Assembly: GCA_963745025.1 (NCBI GenBank)
Contig: CAVUWD010000011.1
Location: 352,001-416,000 of the forward strand
Origin: an uncultured delta proteobacterium
Lineage (GTDB): Bacteria; Desulfobacterota; Binatia; JACPRU01
Length of the DNA stretch: 64,000 nucleotides
Reading direction: 5' to 3'
In this document: positions 31,781 to 42,155 of the stretch, piece by piece
How positions within the stretch are numbered: the first letter of the stretch is position 1
Layout of the letters: each line of letters begins with the position of its first letter
Translations under genes and position numbers: made by a program
The notes under the pieces: model-generated
The model's database searches: none
What the model was told of the DNA's origin: nothing
The model's input: the letters and a program-made list of their open reading frames with translations, nothing else

Positions 31781-34700
31781 GCGACTTCAATCTCTCCGCG
31801 CTCGCCGTACGCGAGCGCTCGGTCACGCTGTTCCTGCTCGTAGCGATCGCCCTCGCCGGAGTCGTCGCCTTCCTGACGCTCGGGCGCGCGGAAGATCCCT
31901 CGTTCACCATCAAGCAAATGACGGTGGTGACGGTTTGGCCCGGAGCCACGGCGAAGGAGATGGAAGAGCAAGTCGCCGAAAAGTTGGAGAAGCGGATGCA
32001 GGAGCTCCGCTGGTACGACCGGACCGAGACGTTCACCCGCCCGGGCCTCGCCTTCACGACGGTGAACCTGCTCGACACGACTCCGCCGCTCGAAGTTCCC
32101 GAGCAGTTCTATCAGGCGCGCAAGAAGCTCGGCGACGAGGCCCACAACTTGCCGCCCGGCGTGATCGGTCCGATCGTGAACGACGAATACTCCGACGTGA
32201 CCTTTGCGCTCTATGCGTTGAAGGCCAAGGGGGAGCCTCATCGAGTCTTGGTTCGCGATGCGGAGGTCTTACGCCAACGACTGCTTCACGTACCGGGCGT
32301 CAAGAAAGTGAACATCCTCGGCGAGCAAGCGGAGAAGATCTTCGTCGAGTTCTCCTCCGACCGCCTCGCGACACTGGGCGTATCCCCACGAGAGATCTTT
32401 GCGACGCTCAACAATCGGAACGTCATGACGCCTGCTGGCTCGATCGAAGCCAAGGGGCCGCAGGTCTTCATCCGGCTCGACGGCGCAATCGACGACCTGG
32501 AGGCCATCCGGAATACGGCCGTCGCCGCGCAAGGCCGGACGCTCAAGCTCTCGGACATCGCCGAGGTGAAGCGGGGCTACGAAGATCCGCCGACCTACCT
32601 CATTCGCAACAACGGTGAACCGACCTTGCTGCTCGGCGTGGTCATGCGCGAGGGCGCGAACGGCCTCGAGCTCGGCAAAGCGCTCGAGGCGGAAGCGAAG
32701 GCGATCAACGCCGAAATGCCACTCGGCATGAGCGTGTCGAAGGTCACCGACCAGTCCGTCAACATTCGCTCGGCCGTCGACGAGTTCATGGTCAAGTTCT
32801 TCGCCGCACTCGCCGTGGTGATGCTCGTGAGCATCGTCAGCATGGGATGGCACGTCGGCATCGTCGTCGCGGCCGCCGTTCCACTGACGCTCGCCGCGGT
32901 CTTCGTCGTCATGGCGGCGACCGGCAAGGACTTCGACCGCATCACGCTCGGGTCGTTGATCCTGGCGCTCGGTCTCTTGGTCGACGATGCGATCATCGCG
33001 ATCGAGACGATGGTCGTGAAGATGGAGGAAGGCTATGAACGCACGCGCGCGGCGGCCTACGCTTGGAGCCATACCGCCGCGCCCATGCTCGCCGGGACCC
33101 TGGTGACCGCGATCGGGTTCATGCCGAACGGCTTCGCCAAGTCGACTGCCGGCGAGTACACCCGCAACATGTTCTGGATCGTCGGAATCGCGCTGATCGC
33201 GTCGTGGGTCGTCGCGGTCGTGTTCACGCCCTATCTGGGAGTGAAGCTGCTTCCGACCATCGCGGAGCGAAAGGGCGGTCACGCGGCGATCTACGACACG
33301 CCCCACTACAACCGGTTCCGCCGAGGTCTCGGTGTCGTGATTCGCCGTAAATGGCTCGTCGCAGCGAGCGTGGTCGGCGTCTTCGTCGTCGCGATCGTCG
33401 GCATGGCCGCGGTCGAGAAACAGTTCTTTCCGACCTCGGATCGACCGGAGGTGCTCGTCGAAGTGCAGATGCCATATGGGACGTCGATCGAGCAGACCAG
33501 TGCCGCCACCGCCAAGGTCGAGTCTTGGCTCGCCGAGCAGCCGGAAGCGCGGATCGTCACCGCCTACGTCGGGCAGGGTGCGCCGCGTTTCTTCCTCGCC
33601 ATGTCGCCCGAGCTCCCGGATCCCTCGTTCGCGAAGATCGTGGTCTTGACCGACGGTGAGACGTCGCGCGACGCGCTGAAGCTCAAGCTACGACAGGCGG
33701 TGGCCGACGGCCTGGCGCCGGAAGCTCGCGTACGGGTCACCCAAATCGTCTTCGGCCCGCCCTCGCCGTTCCCCGTCGCGTTCCGCGTGATGGGACCCGA
33801 GCCCGAGAAGCTCCGCGACATCGCGGCGAAGGTCCGCGCCGTGATGCAGGCCGCGCCGCAGATGAGAACCGTCAACACCGATTGGGGCGAGCGGGTGCCG
33901 ACGCTTCATTTCTCGCTCGATCAGGACAGGCTGCAGACCATCGGTCTGACGTCGACCGACGTCGCGCAGCAGCTTCAGTTCCTGTTGAGCGGCATCCCGG
34001 TCACCGAGGTCCGCGAAGACATCCGCTCGGTCGACGTCATTGCCCGCTCCGTCGGAAGCGCGCGGCTCGATCCGAGCCGGATCACCGATTTCACTTTGGT
34101 CGGCAGCGCCGGCCAACGGATTCCGCTCTCACAGATCGGAACCGTCGAGATCCGCATGGAAGACCCGATCCTGCGTCGCCGCGACCGCACGCCGACGATC
34201 ACCGTGCGCGGAGACATCGCCGAGGGTCTGCAACCGCCGGACGTGTCGACGGCCGTTTGGAAGGCGCTTCAGCCGATCGTCGCGGAGCTGCCGGCCGGGT
34301 ACCGGATCGAGGAAGGCGGCTCGATCGAGGAATCCGGCAAGGCGAACCGCGCAATCGCCCCGCTCTTCCCGATCATGATCGCGCTCACGTTGATCACGAT
34401 CATCTTCCAGGTCCGGTCGATCTCCGCGATGGCGATGGTGTTCGCAACCGCACCGCTCGGCCTCGTCGGGGTCGTCCCGACATTGCTACTCTTCCATCAA
34501 CCGTTCGGGTTCAACGCGCTGATCGGTCTGATTGCGCTTTCCGGAATTCTGATGCGCAACACGCTGATCCTGATCGGTCAGATCCGCACCAACGAGGAGG
34601 ATCGCTTGGCGCCGTTCGATGCCGTCGTCGAAGCCACGGTGCAGCGCGCCCGTCCGGTGATCTTGACGGCGCTCGCCGCCATGCTCGCGTTCATTCCGCT

Positions 34701-34875
34701 CACTCACTCGGTCTTCTGGGGAACACTGGCGTACAGCTTGATCGGTGGAACGTTCGCCGGGACAGTCCTCACCCTGGTGTTCTTGCCGGCGCTCTACGCC
34801 ATCTGGTTCAAGATCGAACCGACGGCGACAGAACGCGAGCTCGCTCCGTCGATTCGAACGGCGCATGTCGCCTAG
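31777..34875 (+). CDS. RND efflux permease (AcrB/AcrD/AcrF family)
   Basis: 1032 aa; LGRAEDP, GLLVDDAII, RARPVILT. Confidence 0.95.
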   Translation: MSDFNLSALAVRERSVTLFLLVAIALAGVVAFLTLGRAEDPSFTIKQMTVVTVWPGATAKEMEEQVAEKLEKRMQELRWYDRTETFTRPGLAFTTVNLLDTTPPLEVPEQFYQARKKLGDEAHNLPPGVIGPIVNDEYSDVTFALYALKAKGEPHRVLVRDAEVLRQRLLHVPGVKKVNILGEQAEKIFVEFSSDRLATLGVSPREIFATLNNRNVMTPAGSIEAKGPQVFIRLDGAIDDLEAIRNTAVAAQGRTLKLSDIAEVKRGYEDPPTYLIRNNGEPTLLLGVVMREGANGLELGKALEAEAKAINAEMPLGMSVSKVTDQSVNIRSAVDEFMVKFFAALAVVMLVSIVSMGWHVGIVVAAAVPLTLAAVFVVMAATGKDFDRITLGSLILALGLLVDDAIIAIETMVVKMEEGYERTRAAAYAWSHTAAPMLAGTLVTAIGFMPNGFAKSTAGEYTRNMFWIVGIALIASWVVAVVFTPYLGVKLLPTIAERKGGHAAIYDTPHYNRFRRGLGVVIRRKWLVAASVVGVFVVAIVGMAAVEKQFFPTSDRPEVLVEVQMPYGTSIEQTSAATAKVESWLAEQPEARIVTAYVGQGAPRFFLAMSPELPDPSFAKIVVLTDGETSRDALKLKLRQAVADGLAPEARVRVTQIVFGPPSPFPVAFRVMGPEPEKLRDIAAKVRAVMQAAPQMRTVNTDWGERVPTLHFSLDQDRLQTIGLTSTDVAQQLQFLLSGIPVTEVREDIRSVDVIARSVGSARLDPSRITDFTLVGSAGQRIPLSQIGTVEIRMEDPILRRRDRTPTITVRGDIAEGLQPPDVSTAVWKALQPIVAELPAGYRIEEGGSIEESGKANRAIAPLFPIMIALTLITIIFQVRSISAMAMVFATAPLGLVGVVPTLLLFHQPFGFNALIGLIALSGILMRNTLILIGQIRTNEEDRLAPFDAVVEATVQRARPVILTALAAMLAFIPLTHSVFWGTLAYSLIGGTFAGTVLTLVFLPALYAIWFKIEPTATERELAPSIRTAHVA

Positions 34876-35050
34876 AGCGGTGGCGCGGTCGTCTCGCGCT
34901 GGATGATGCGATAGCGGACTTCTTTGTGAGCTGGCTCGATCGCGCCGGTGACAGGCCGCAACGGTTCGGCGAAAGCAAGCCGGGACCGCCGCCCCCGGGT
35001 TGCTCTGGCTTCCCCGGCGGGTCATGATCGTGCGAGCAAGGAGGTCACCG

Positions 35051-35533
35051 ATGAGCGACTCGGAGAAGTACGAGATGCCGGCTCCCGGGATGCCGCAGTG
35101 GATCAGCGAGCACGTGAAGCTCTATTTCTCCGATCCCGAGGCGGCGCACACGTGGGATTCGACCGTCGCGGGCGGCCCCGGGCCGCTGCCGACGCTTCTT
35201 CTCATCGCCCGCGGCGCAAAGACGGGGAAGCTTCGGCCGCTGCCGCTCCTCTACCAGGAGATGGATGGGCGCTACGTGGTGATCGGCTCGAAGGGAGGCG
35301 CGCCGCAGCATCCGGGCTGGTACGTGAACTTGAAGGCGAACCCCGAGTGCGAGATCCGGGTCGGGCGGAAGCGGATGCGCGCCCGCGCCCGCACCGCCGC
35401 CGGCGAGGAGCGACAGCGGGGCTGGACGAAGATGGCCGCCATGTACCCGCCCTACGAGGCCTACCAGAAGCGGGCCGGGTCACGGCAGATCCCGGTCGTG
35501 ATCCTCGAGCCGACGGAACCGCTCGGCGATTGA
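35051..35533 (+). CDS. Second F420-dependent DDN-family oxidoreductase
   Basis: GPGPLPTLLL, GSKGGAPQHPGWYVNL, YQKRAGSRQIPVV; AAGGAGG RBS. Confidence 0.9.
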   Translation: MSDSEKYEMPAPGMPQWISEHVKLYFSDPEAAHTWDSTVAGGPGPLPTLLLIARGAKTGKLRPLPLLYQEMDGRYVVIGSKGGAPQHPGWYVNLKANPECEIRVGRKRMRARARTAAGEERQRGWTKMAAMYPPYEAYQKRAGSRQIPVVILEPTEPLGD

Positions 35534-35614
35534 CCGTCAAGGACGGCCCGCGATCGTCGCACGGCGCTCTTGTGCGCCCCGTCGAATTGGGCGGTAGAGG
35601 GGTAGTCCGGAACG

Positions 35615-36026
35615 TCTGACTTCGCACGATTCTGTCAACTCGAGTCGAAGCGCGGGATCGCGCCGCTCGGCGGTGCGCACTTCCGCTACTTGACGCGTGC
35701 GGGCTGGGGCAATGCGATGTACCACCTCTTCCTCTGCGACGAGTTCGATGCGGCAGAGGCCTTGTTGCATCGGGTTCGTGCAAGAGGTTCATCCGTACGG
35801 CAAGCACCGCGAACGCGCGATGGAGATCGCCCGGGCGATCTGCAAGTGCGCGCCCCTCGGTCTCCGCGCGACGAAGGCTGCGGCGCTCGCCTACCTCGCG
35901 GAGGCCGAGCGCGTGGCGGTCGCGGCGATTCCGTCGATCGAGAAGGCCGTTTTCGCCACGGAAGATTTCAAGGAGGGCCTCCAGTCCTTCGTGGAGCGCC
36001 GCGAAGCGCGCTTCCGGGGGCGATGA
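35615..36026 (+). pseudogene. 5'-truncated enoyl-CoA hydratase/crotonase fragment
   Basis: RFCQLESKRGIAPLGGAHFR..GWGNAM..DEFDAAEA then GFVQEV..APLG..TEDFKEGLQSFVERREARFRGR; N-terminal half absent. Confidence 0.78.
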
Positions 36027-36934
36027 GCGCGGCCAGGAGCGGGCGAACGGGATCGCGAGATCGGCGACGCGATCCGTCGCCTCGAGCGGTAGGAAGTGAC
36101 CGGCGCCGCGGACGATCTCGAAACGGACCGGGCTCGTGAACGCGCCCTCGATCCCGGAGTACACCTCGCTCGCGATGCATCCGTCGCGATCGCCCGAGAA
36201 GACGAGGGCGGGCACGGAGATGCGCGAGAACGCGACGCTATAAGTCTCGAGCGTGCCCGGGCCGGGGACGAGGAGGGAACGCAGGAGCGATCGATAGTAG
36301 CCGATCGCTTGGCTCGCGCCTTCCTCGTCGCCGAGCGTGGCCTTGACGCCGGCGAGGCGCTCGGCCGGGAAATCCCAGCCGGGGCTCCAATCGCGCCAGA
36401 GCCTATCGACGAATGCGAAATCGTCGGCGGCGAGGCGGGCCGCGGCGCCCGGCAGCTGGAAGTACCCCATGTACCAGCTCCGCCGGATCTGCGCGGGGTG
36501 GCGGAGAAGGAGGGGATGAAGATCCGCGGCGGCGGCACGGACATCGTGACGATCCGGCGCACGCGCGCGGGCGCCAGGCTGGCCGCGACGTAGGCGGCGA
36601 CCGCACCCCAGTCGTGACCGACGATCGTCGCCGTCTCGGCGCCCGCGGCGTCGATCAGGCCGACCGCGTCGCGCGCGAGGGAGACGGTCCCGTAGTCGCC
36701 GTCCGGAGCGGGATCGGACGGTCCATAACCGCGGAGATACGGAGCGATCGAGCGGAAGCCGGCGGCGACGAAGCGCTCCGCGAGCGGCAGCATCGAGCGG
36801 GCGTCGTCCGGAAAGCCGTGCAGCAGCAGGGCGAGATCCCCGCTTCCGCCCTCGAACGCGGCGAAGCGGAGCCCGTTCGCGTGAAGTTCGATGCTTCGGA
36901 ATCCCGCTGGCAGCGGTTCGGTCGCGGTGAACAT
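36026..36934 (-). CDS. Epoxide-hydrolase-like alpha/beta hydrolase (frameshift near 36498; 3' end uncertain)
   Basis: HGFPD, LRGYG, GHDWGA, RRSWY, GDRDGC, GAGHFL. Confidence 0.8.
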
Positions 36935-36946
36935 GTCTCGTCTCCT

Positions 36947-38285
36947 CTACGAGGGAAAGCAGCGCCCAAACGCGAGCAGGTGTCGCGGCGAGCCCTTCAG
37001 GCGGATCTTGCCGCGCAGCAGCGCCCACACGAGGCTTCGCTCCCCGGCGACGAAGCCGAGCCAGGCGTCGCGATCCGCGACGACTCGGAGGTCCGATGTA
37101 CCGACGTGGCCGTCCTCGACCTCGAGCGCCTGGTTGCGGATGCGGATCGTCACCTCCCGCTCCTCCGCCCCGCGGAACGAGAAGTGATAAGTCGCGTCCA
37201 TCCCCTTCGAACGTCCTCGCTGGAACGTCAGCGAGAGTCCTCTCAGAAAGGACCGAAGCGTGCGCGGCCGGAGCCCGCTCGAGACGCGCTTCGCCTTCTT
37301 CGCCGGGAAGCGACGGCCGACGTGGGATTCGGCGTCGGAGTGCGCCAGCACGTAGACCGTTTCCTTCTTCTCCTGCAGCGGCGTGACCACGGTCGAGAGG
37401 TACGCCGGGCGATCGTTCAGGAACGGCTCGATCACCTCCTCGCCGGCCGGACAGACGGACATGCAGTGGGCGGCCTTGTAGTTGGCTCCGAACGAGAGGC
37501 TCTGCCACATCGACGCCGATTCGGAGTCGGAGACCCGTGCGCGGTAGTCGAGCGGCGTCCGACTCTCGGCGATCGATTCCACCCAGCTCGTGAAGCCGCC
37601 CATGAACTCACGGTAGTTATGCGTGTAGCAGGCCGAGAAGTTGAAGTGCCCGTCGGCCGAGATCGCGCCGACCGGGCAAGCGGCGACGCAGAGCTTGCAG
37701 TCCAGGCAGGGATTGTAGTCGAGGGGCTCGCTCCGCGCCGAGATGTCGGCCGCGATCAGTACGGTGCCGAGCAGGATGAAGTTGCCGAACACCGGATGGA
37801 TCACGTTTCGGTGGACCCCCATGTGGCCGAGACCGGCCGCGACCGCAATCGGCTTGTGCGAGACGATCCAGATCTTTTTCCGGGAACCGGTCCATTTCCA
37901 TCGGGAAGCCCATCGCCGGGTTCACGGCTCGAACGCCGCGCCGCTCGAGGGCGGAGACGATCCGCCGCGCGACGTCGTTCACCTGGTCGCCGGTGTGATG
38001 GAACTCGAGGTTCGCGAGCGAGCGGAACGGGCTGCGCACGTTCTCTCGGTTCATCCGGCAGACGAAGCTGAGCAGCGTCCGCGCCTCAGGCAAGAGGGAG
38101 CGGATGTCCTCGCGCTCCGCGGCGATCTCGGGGCGGTCGACGCCGACGAAGCCGACGTCGTCCGCTCCGCCCGCGAGCGCGACCTCACGGAGCCACGTCG
38201 CGTCCAGACTCGACGTCTCGGCGGCACGGGCGACCGCTTTTTCGCGATGGCGTTTCACCGTCGGGTGCTCGGAAAGTCGGCTCAT
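36947..38285 (-). CDS. QueG/reductive-dehalogenase-like 4Fe-4S protein fused to an SCP2 sterol-binding domain (frameshift near 37880)
   Basis: GADDVGF, AAGLGHMGVHRNVIHPVFGNFILL, CLDCKLCVAACP, HCMSVCP; C-terminal YHFSFRG..LLRGKIRLKG SCP2-like domain. Confidence 0.78.
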
Positions 38286-38298
38286 CTCGGCTCCTTCT

Positions 38299-38312
38299 GT
38301 TGTACATGCAAC
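38299..38312. promoter_or_regulatory. Putative MarR operator
   Basis: GTTGTACATGCAAC dyad; related GTTGCATATGCATC at 38809-38822 upstream of marR. Confidence 0.6.
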
Positions 38313-38329
38313 TAAAGGCTCAAAAAAAC

Positions 38330-38800
38330 TCACTCCCGCCGTGATCGGGCAGGCTCGGCAAAGGCCGCGGATGCCTTGCCGAGCTCGTGAACGGCGTCGT
38401 CTCCGAGAATCTCCTGCGCTTTGCGTTGGATCTTCCGCCAGGCGGAGCTCACCGCGCGGAGCTTCGCCGCTCCTTTCGCTGTGATCCGCACCTTCGTCGA
38501 GCGCGCGTCAGCTCCCGGCCGCACGTCGATCCACCCCCGCGTGCGCAATCGATCCAGCGTGCGGCTGACCGTCGACTTCTCGAGGCAGAGGGTGCGACCG
38601 AAGTCTCCGGGAGTCGCCTCTCCGAGCATCGAGACCACGACGAGAATGCTCATCTGCGTGATGCGCAGCCCATGGGGCCGCAAGGCCTCATCGTACATCG
38701 ACGAGACCGCTCGGTTCAGCCGCCGGACCCGGTTCGCGATGCATTCCTGCGCGACGAGGGCACAGAAGCCGTCGTCTGACTTCGTTGGGGCGCGGGCCAT
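38330..38800 (-). CDS. MarR-family regulator
   Basis: CIANRVRRLNRAVSSMYDEAL, LEKSTVSRTL, DARS..ITAKG. Confidence 0.9.
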   Translation of the reverse strand: MARAPTKSDDGFCALVAQECIANRVRRLNRAVSSMYDEALRPHGLRITQMSILVVVSMLGEATPGDFGRTLCLEKSTVSRTLDRLRTRGWIDVRPGADARSTKVRITAKGAAKLRAVSSAWRKIQRKAQEILGDDAVHELGKASAAFAEPARSRRE

Positions 38801-39125
38801 GTCGGACAGTTGCATATGCATCTACCTCAAGCAACCCATCGGGTCGACACGCTCGCGCGCGGCGGCTCGGGAAGCCGAGAGCACGGAACCGGCGCACCGG
38901 GCGACGTCAACGGAAAGACGCAAGGACCGCGTGCCGTACGAGCGCGCGATTTCGATGATTCGGGGGAACCGCGTTTCGCTGCGTGTCGTCGCCATCGGCG
39001 ACCAGGTCCGAGCTCGAAGACGGCGCGGCTTCGTCTTGCATGGAGGCGTCGCTAACACGGCACGCGAGCCAACCGCGCGCGGTCGAACAACGTCATCGGA
39101 TGCGCTATCTGCGTTTTCGCCCGCG

Positions 39126-39200
39126 GCGATCTTCAACGACCGGAACGGTTCCGGTTTTAGGGGTCAAATCGAGCGAAAGTTGGGTCGGAACGGGACTCGA
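39126..39200 (+). repeat. 75-bp att-arm-like repeat, copy 1
   Basis: 71/75 identical to 41996-42070; contains the palindrome ACCGGAAC-G-GTTCCGGT. Confidence 0.9.
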
Positions 39201-39444
39201 GAATTCCTCGCGTGATTGAATTGAACCGGGCGTCCCTTGCTGGTGGAAGCGACCGCGTGGCGAGTGCCCCGTCGACCGGGCGAGAACCTCCTCAATCATC
39301 TGCAAAGTAGCGCGCGGAGATCGGCGATGCTGGCCTGCGCGTACTGGATGGTTCGTCCACCGACGGCGACCCGTAACGATGCGATCAGCCAAAACGAAGC
39401 TGAGCTGCGCAGCTTGGCGCCGCCGATTTCCGAACGCCCAAGAT

Positions 39445-40116
39445 TTAACGACGCAGCTTCTTGCCAGGCGCCCGCCGTTCCGCCACATGCCGGGGGCTCA
39501 CCGCCGGAATTGTCGGACGCAGGGCCGCCATCAGCTCGTCGAGTCGCGCGGATAGCGCGAGCGGATCGCTCGATTGGAGCGCGGCCGGCATCACGGTAAG
39601 CAGGCACGCGTACGCGGAGCCGACGACAGCGCGGATCAATTCAGCGTTCGTCCCCTGCTCGCCGCGCTGGAGCGCGCGCTCCTTCAACGTCTCCGTGAGC
39701 CGCTCCTGAATGCGCTCGAGCTTCTCCAAGTAGCGCGCATAAAGTCCGGGGTGACTGACGACGATCTCTCGCAAGACCGCGCCGCGGCGTCGGCGATGCA
39801 GATCGGAGTAGTAGTTCACGACCACGTCGAACGTCCGCCGCAGCGTGTCCCAAACGGGCTCGTCGAGCGGCCGAGCACGCATCGCGGCGACGACTTCATC
39901 GCCGTGCAGCTCGTACTTGCCGATGACGACGTCCTCTTTGGTCGCGAAGTAGCGGAAGAACGTCCGTTTCGAGATGCCGGCAGCCTCGGCGATCTGGTCG
40001 ACCGTCGTCGCTTCGTACCCCTGCGCGAGGAAGAGCTCCAGAGCGGCCTCGGCCAGCTCCGTCTGTACAGCCCGACGCGCGCGTTCTCTCAGACCGCTTG
40101 ATGCCATGCCTTCCAT
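39445..40116 (-). CDS. TetR-family regulator
   Basis: GLRERARR, TTVDQIAEAAGISKRTFFRYFATKED. Confidence 0.92.
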   Translation of the reverse strand: MEGMASSGLRERARRAVQTELAEAALELFLAQGYEATTVDQIAEAAGISKRTFFRYFATKEDVVIGKYELHGDEVVAAMRARPLDEPVWDTLRRTFDVVVNYYSDLHRRRRGAVLREIVVSHPGLYARYLEKLERIQERLTETLKERALQRGEQGTNAELIRAVVGSAYACLLTVMPAALQSSDPLALSARLDELMAALRPTIPAVSPRHVAERRAPGKKLRR

Positions 40117-40122
40117 TACCGC

Positions 40123-40138
40123 ATGTCATACTTGACAT
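40123..40138. promoter_or_regulatory. TetR operator dyad between tetR and BVMO
   Basis: ATGTCA-TACT-TGACAT, overlapping a TTGACA. Confidence 0.6.
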
Positions 40139-40215
40139 CAAGTGACAGATTTGGCATCACAGAGCGCACACGACAGCAAGCGCCGACAAACGCGAGAGAC
40201 GGAAAGGACCACCCA

Positions 40216-41830
40216 ATGAGCGACGACACTACGAACCAGCAGATCCTCGATGCGATCGTGATCGGAGCCGGTTACGGCGGGCTCTACCAGCTCCTTACGC
40301 TGCGCCAGCTCGGCATGCGCGTGCGGGCCTTCGAAGCCGGTTCCGGGGTCGGAGGGACTTGGTACTGGAATCGCTATCCTGGCGCCCGGACGGATGGCCC
40401 GTCGCACGTCTACCAGTACCTCTTCTCGGACGAGCTGCTGCAGGAGTGGGACTGGAGCGAGCGCTACGTCGGCCAAGCCGAGTCGGAGCGATACTTGAAC
40501 CACGTGGCCGATCGGTTCGACCTCCGGAAGGACATCACCTTCGACGCCCGCGTCACGTCCGCAATCTGGAACGAAGGCTCACGCACATGGACGGTGAGCA
40601 CGGCGAGCGGCGAGACGGTGCAGGCGACGTTCCTCATCACGGCTCTCGGGCCTCTCAGCACACCGCTCGTGCCGCCCTTCGAGGGTCATGAGCGGTTCCG
40701 CGGACGAATCGTCCACACGTCGCGTTGGCCACGAGGAGGCATCGACCTGAAGGGCGAGCGTGTCGGCGTGATCGGAACGGGCGCGAGCGGGGTCCAGGTG
40801 ATCCAGACGATCGCGTCCGAGGTCCGCCATCTGACCGTATTCCAGCGGACCGCGAACTATGCCGTGCCCATGACCAACCCGCGATTCACGGAGCCGATCG
40901 CGAAGCGATTCGCGCACGCTATCCGGAGATCCGGCAGGCGGTGTGGCGCCACTTCGTTGGCTTCGACGAGGCGGGCGAGACCCGGGCGTACTTCAGCCTC
41001 TCGCCCGAGGAGCGGCGTGCGATCCTGGAGCGGCTCTGGGCCGATGGATCGCTCAAGATCTGGATCGCTGGTTTCAACGAGATCTTCTTCGATCCCGCCG
41101 TGAACGAAGAGGTCTCGGAGTTCGTCCGCGAGAAGATCCGCGCTCGGATTCGCGATCCGAAGGTCGCAGCGAAGCTCGTCCCCGAGATCATGGATTCGGC
41201 ACACGGCGTGTCCCGCTCGAAAACGGGTACTTCGACGTCTACAACCGACCGAACGTCGACCTCGTCGACCTCCGCGCGACGCCGATCGAGTGCATCACTC
41301 CGGACGGGATCCGCACGTCCGAGGGCGAGATCCCACTCGACGTCATCATCCTCGCGACCGGCTTCGATGCCGGCACCGGAAGCCTCACGGCGATCGACAT
41401 CAGGGGCCGGGGTGGGCGATCTCTGCGCGAGGAGTGGAAACGAGAAGTTCGCACGACCATGGGTCTCCAGATCCACGGCTATCCGAACCTCTTTGCGACG
41501 AGCGCGCCCTACGCGCCCGCGTCCGTCTTCTGCAACGCGCCGACATGTCTACAGCATCAGGTCCGGTGGATCACGGAGTGCATCGACTACCTCAGGAAGA
41601 CGGATCGCCACGTGATCGAGCCGATGATGGAAACCGAGGATCGTTGGCTCGCGCATCACGACGAGCTGGCGAATGCCACGCTCGTGGCAAAAACGAAGTC
41701 CTGGTACACCGGCGCGAACGTCGAGGGGAAGCAGAACCGCCTACTGGGTTACATCGGCGGCCTGCCCTCCTACATCGAAGCCTGCGACAAGGTGAAGGAG
41801 CGCGGTTACGAGGGCTTCGCGATCGGCTAA
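40216..41830 (+). CDS. Type I Baeyer-Villiger monooxygenase (frameshifts near 40890 and 41190)
   Basis: GAGYGG, GGTWYWNRYPGARTD, fingerprint FRGRIVHTSRWP, GTGASG, ATGFD, SWYTGANV. Confidence 0.9.
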
Positions 41831-41995
41831 GGCAACTGTCCGAAACGCACGGCGCGCCGTTCACGCGGCGAGGCTAGGCGCGGCGTGCTCGAGCACGGCC
41901 TGAAGCTGATCTCGAGCGACGCGAACTCATCTTCCGCACCACGCTTCGACGCGATGGGAAATTCTACGTCACGGTTGGCGTCTTCGCCGCCGATC

Positions 41996-42070
41996 GCGAT
42001 CTCCAACGACCGGAACGGTTCCGGTTTTTGGGGTGAAATCGAGCGAAAGTTGGGTCGGAACGGGATTCGA
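41996..42070 (+). repeat. 75-bp att-arm-like repeat, copy 2, 85 bp upstream of the right core
   Basis: 71/75 identical to 39126-39200. Confidence 0.9.
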
Positions 42071-42155
42071 AAATCGACCCCTAGATCGACTTGAACTTCC
42101 CAGTTCTGCTGGAGAATCGCCGGAGTGGGACGCGTCACCCGAAAAATTCCTATCC

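Noticed and set aside
35202-37508. 768-aa minus-strand ORF
   Set aside because: Only the segment at about 36030-36495 is protein-like (hydrolase C-terminal half); the rest is GC-rich shadow frame
12290-41200. Programmed ribosomal frameshifting
   Set aside because: No slippery heptamers or shared context at the shift sites, and these gene families are not known to use it
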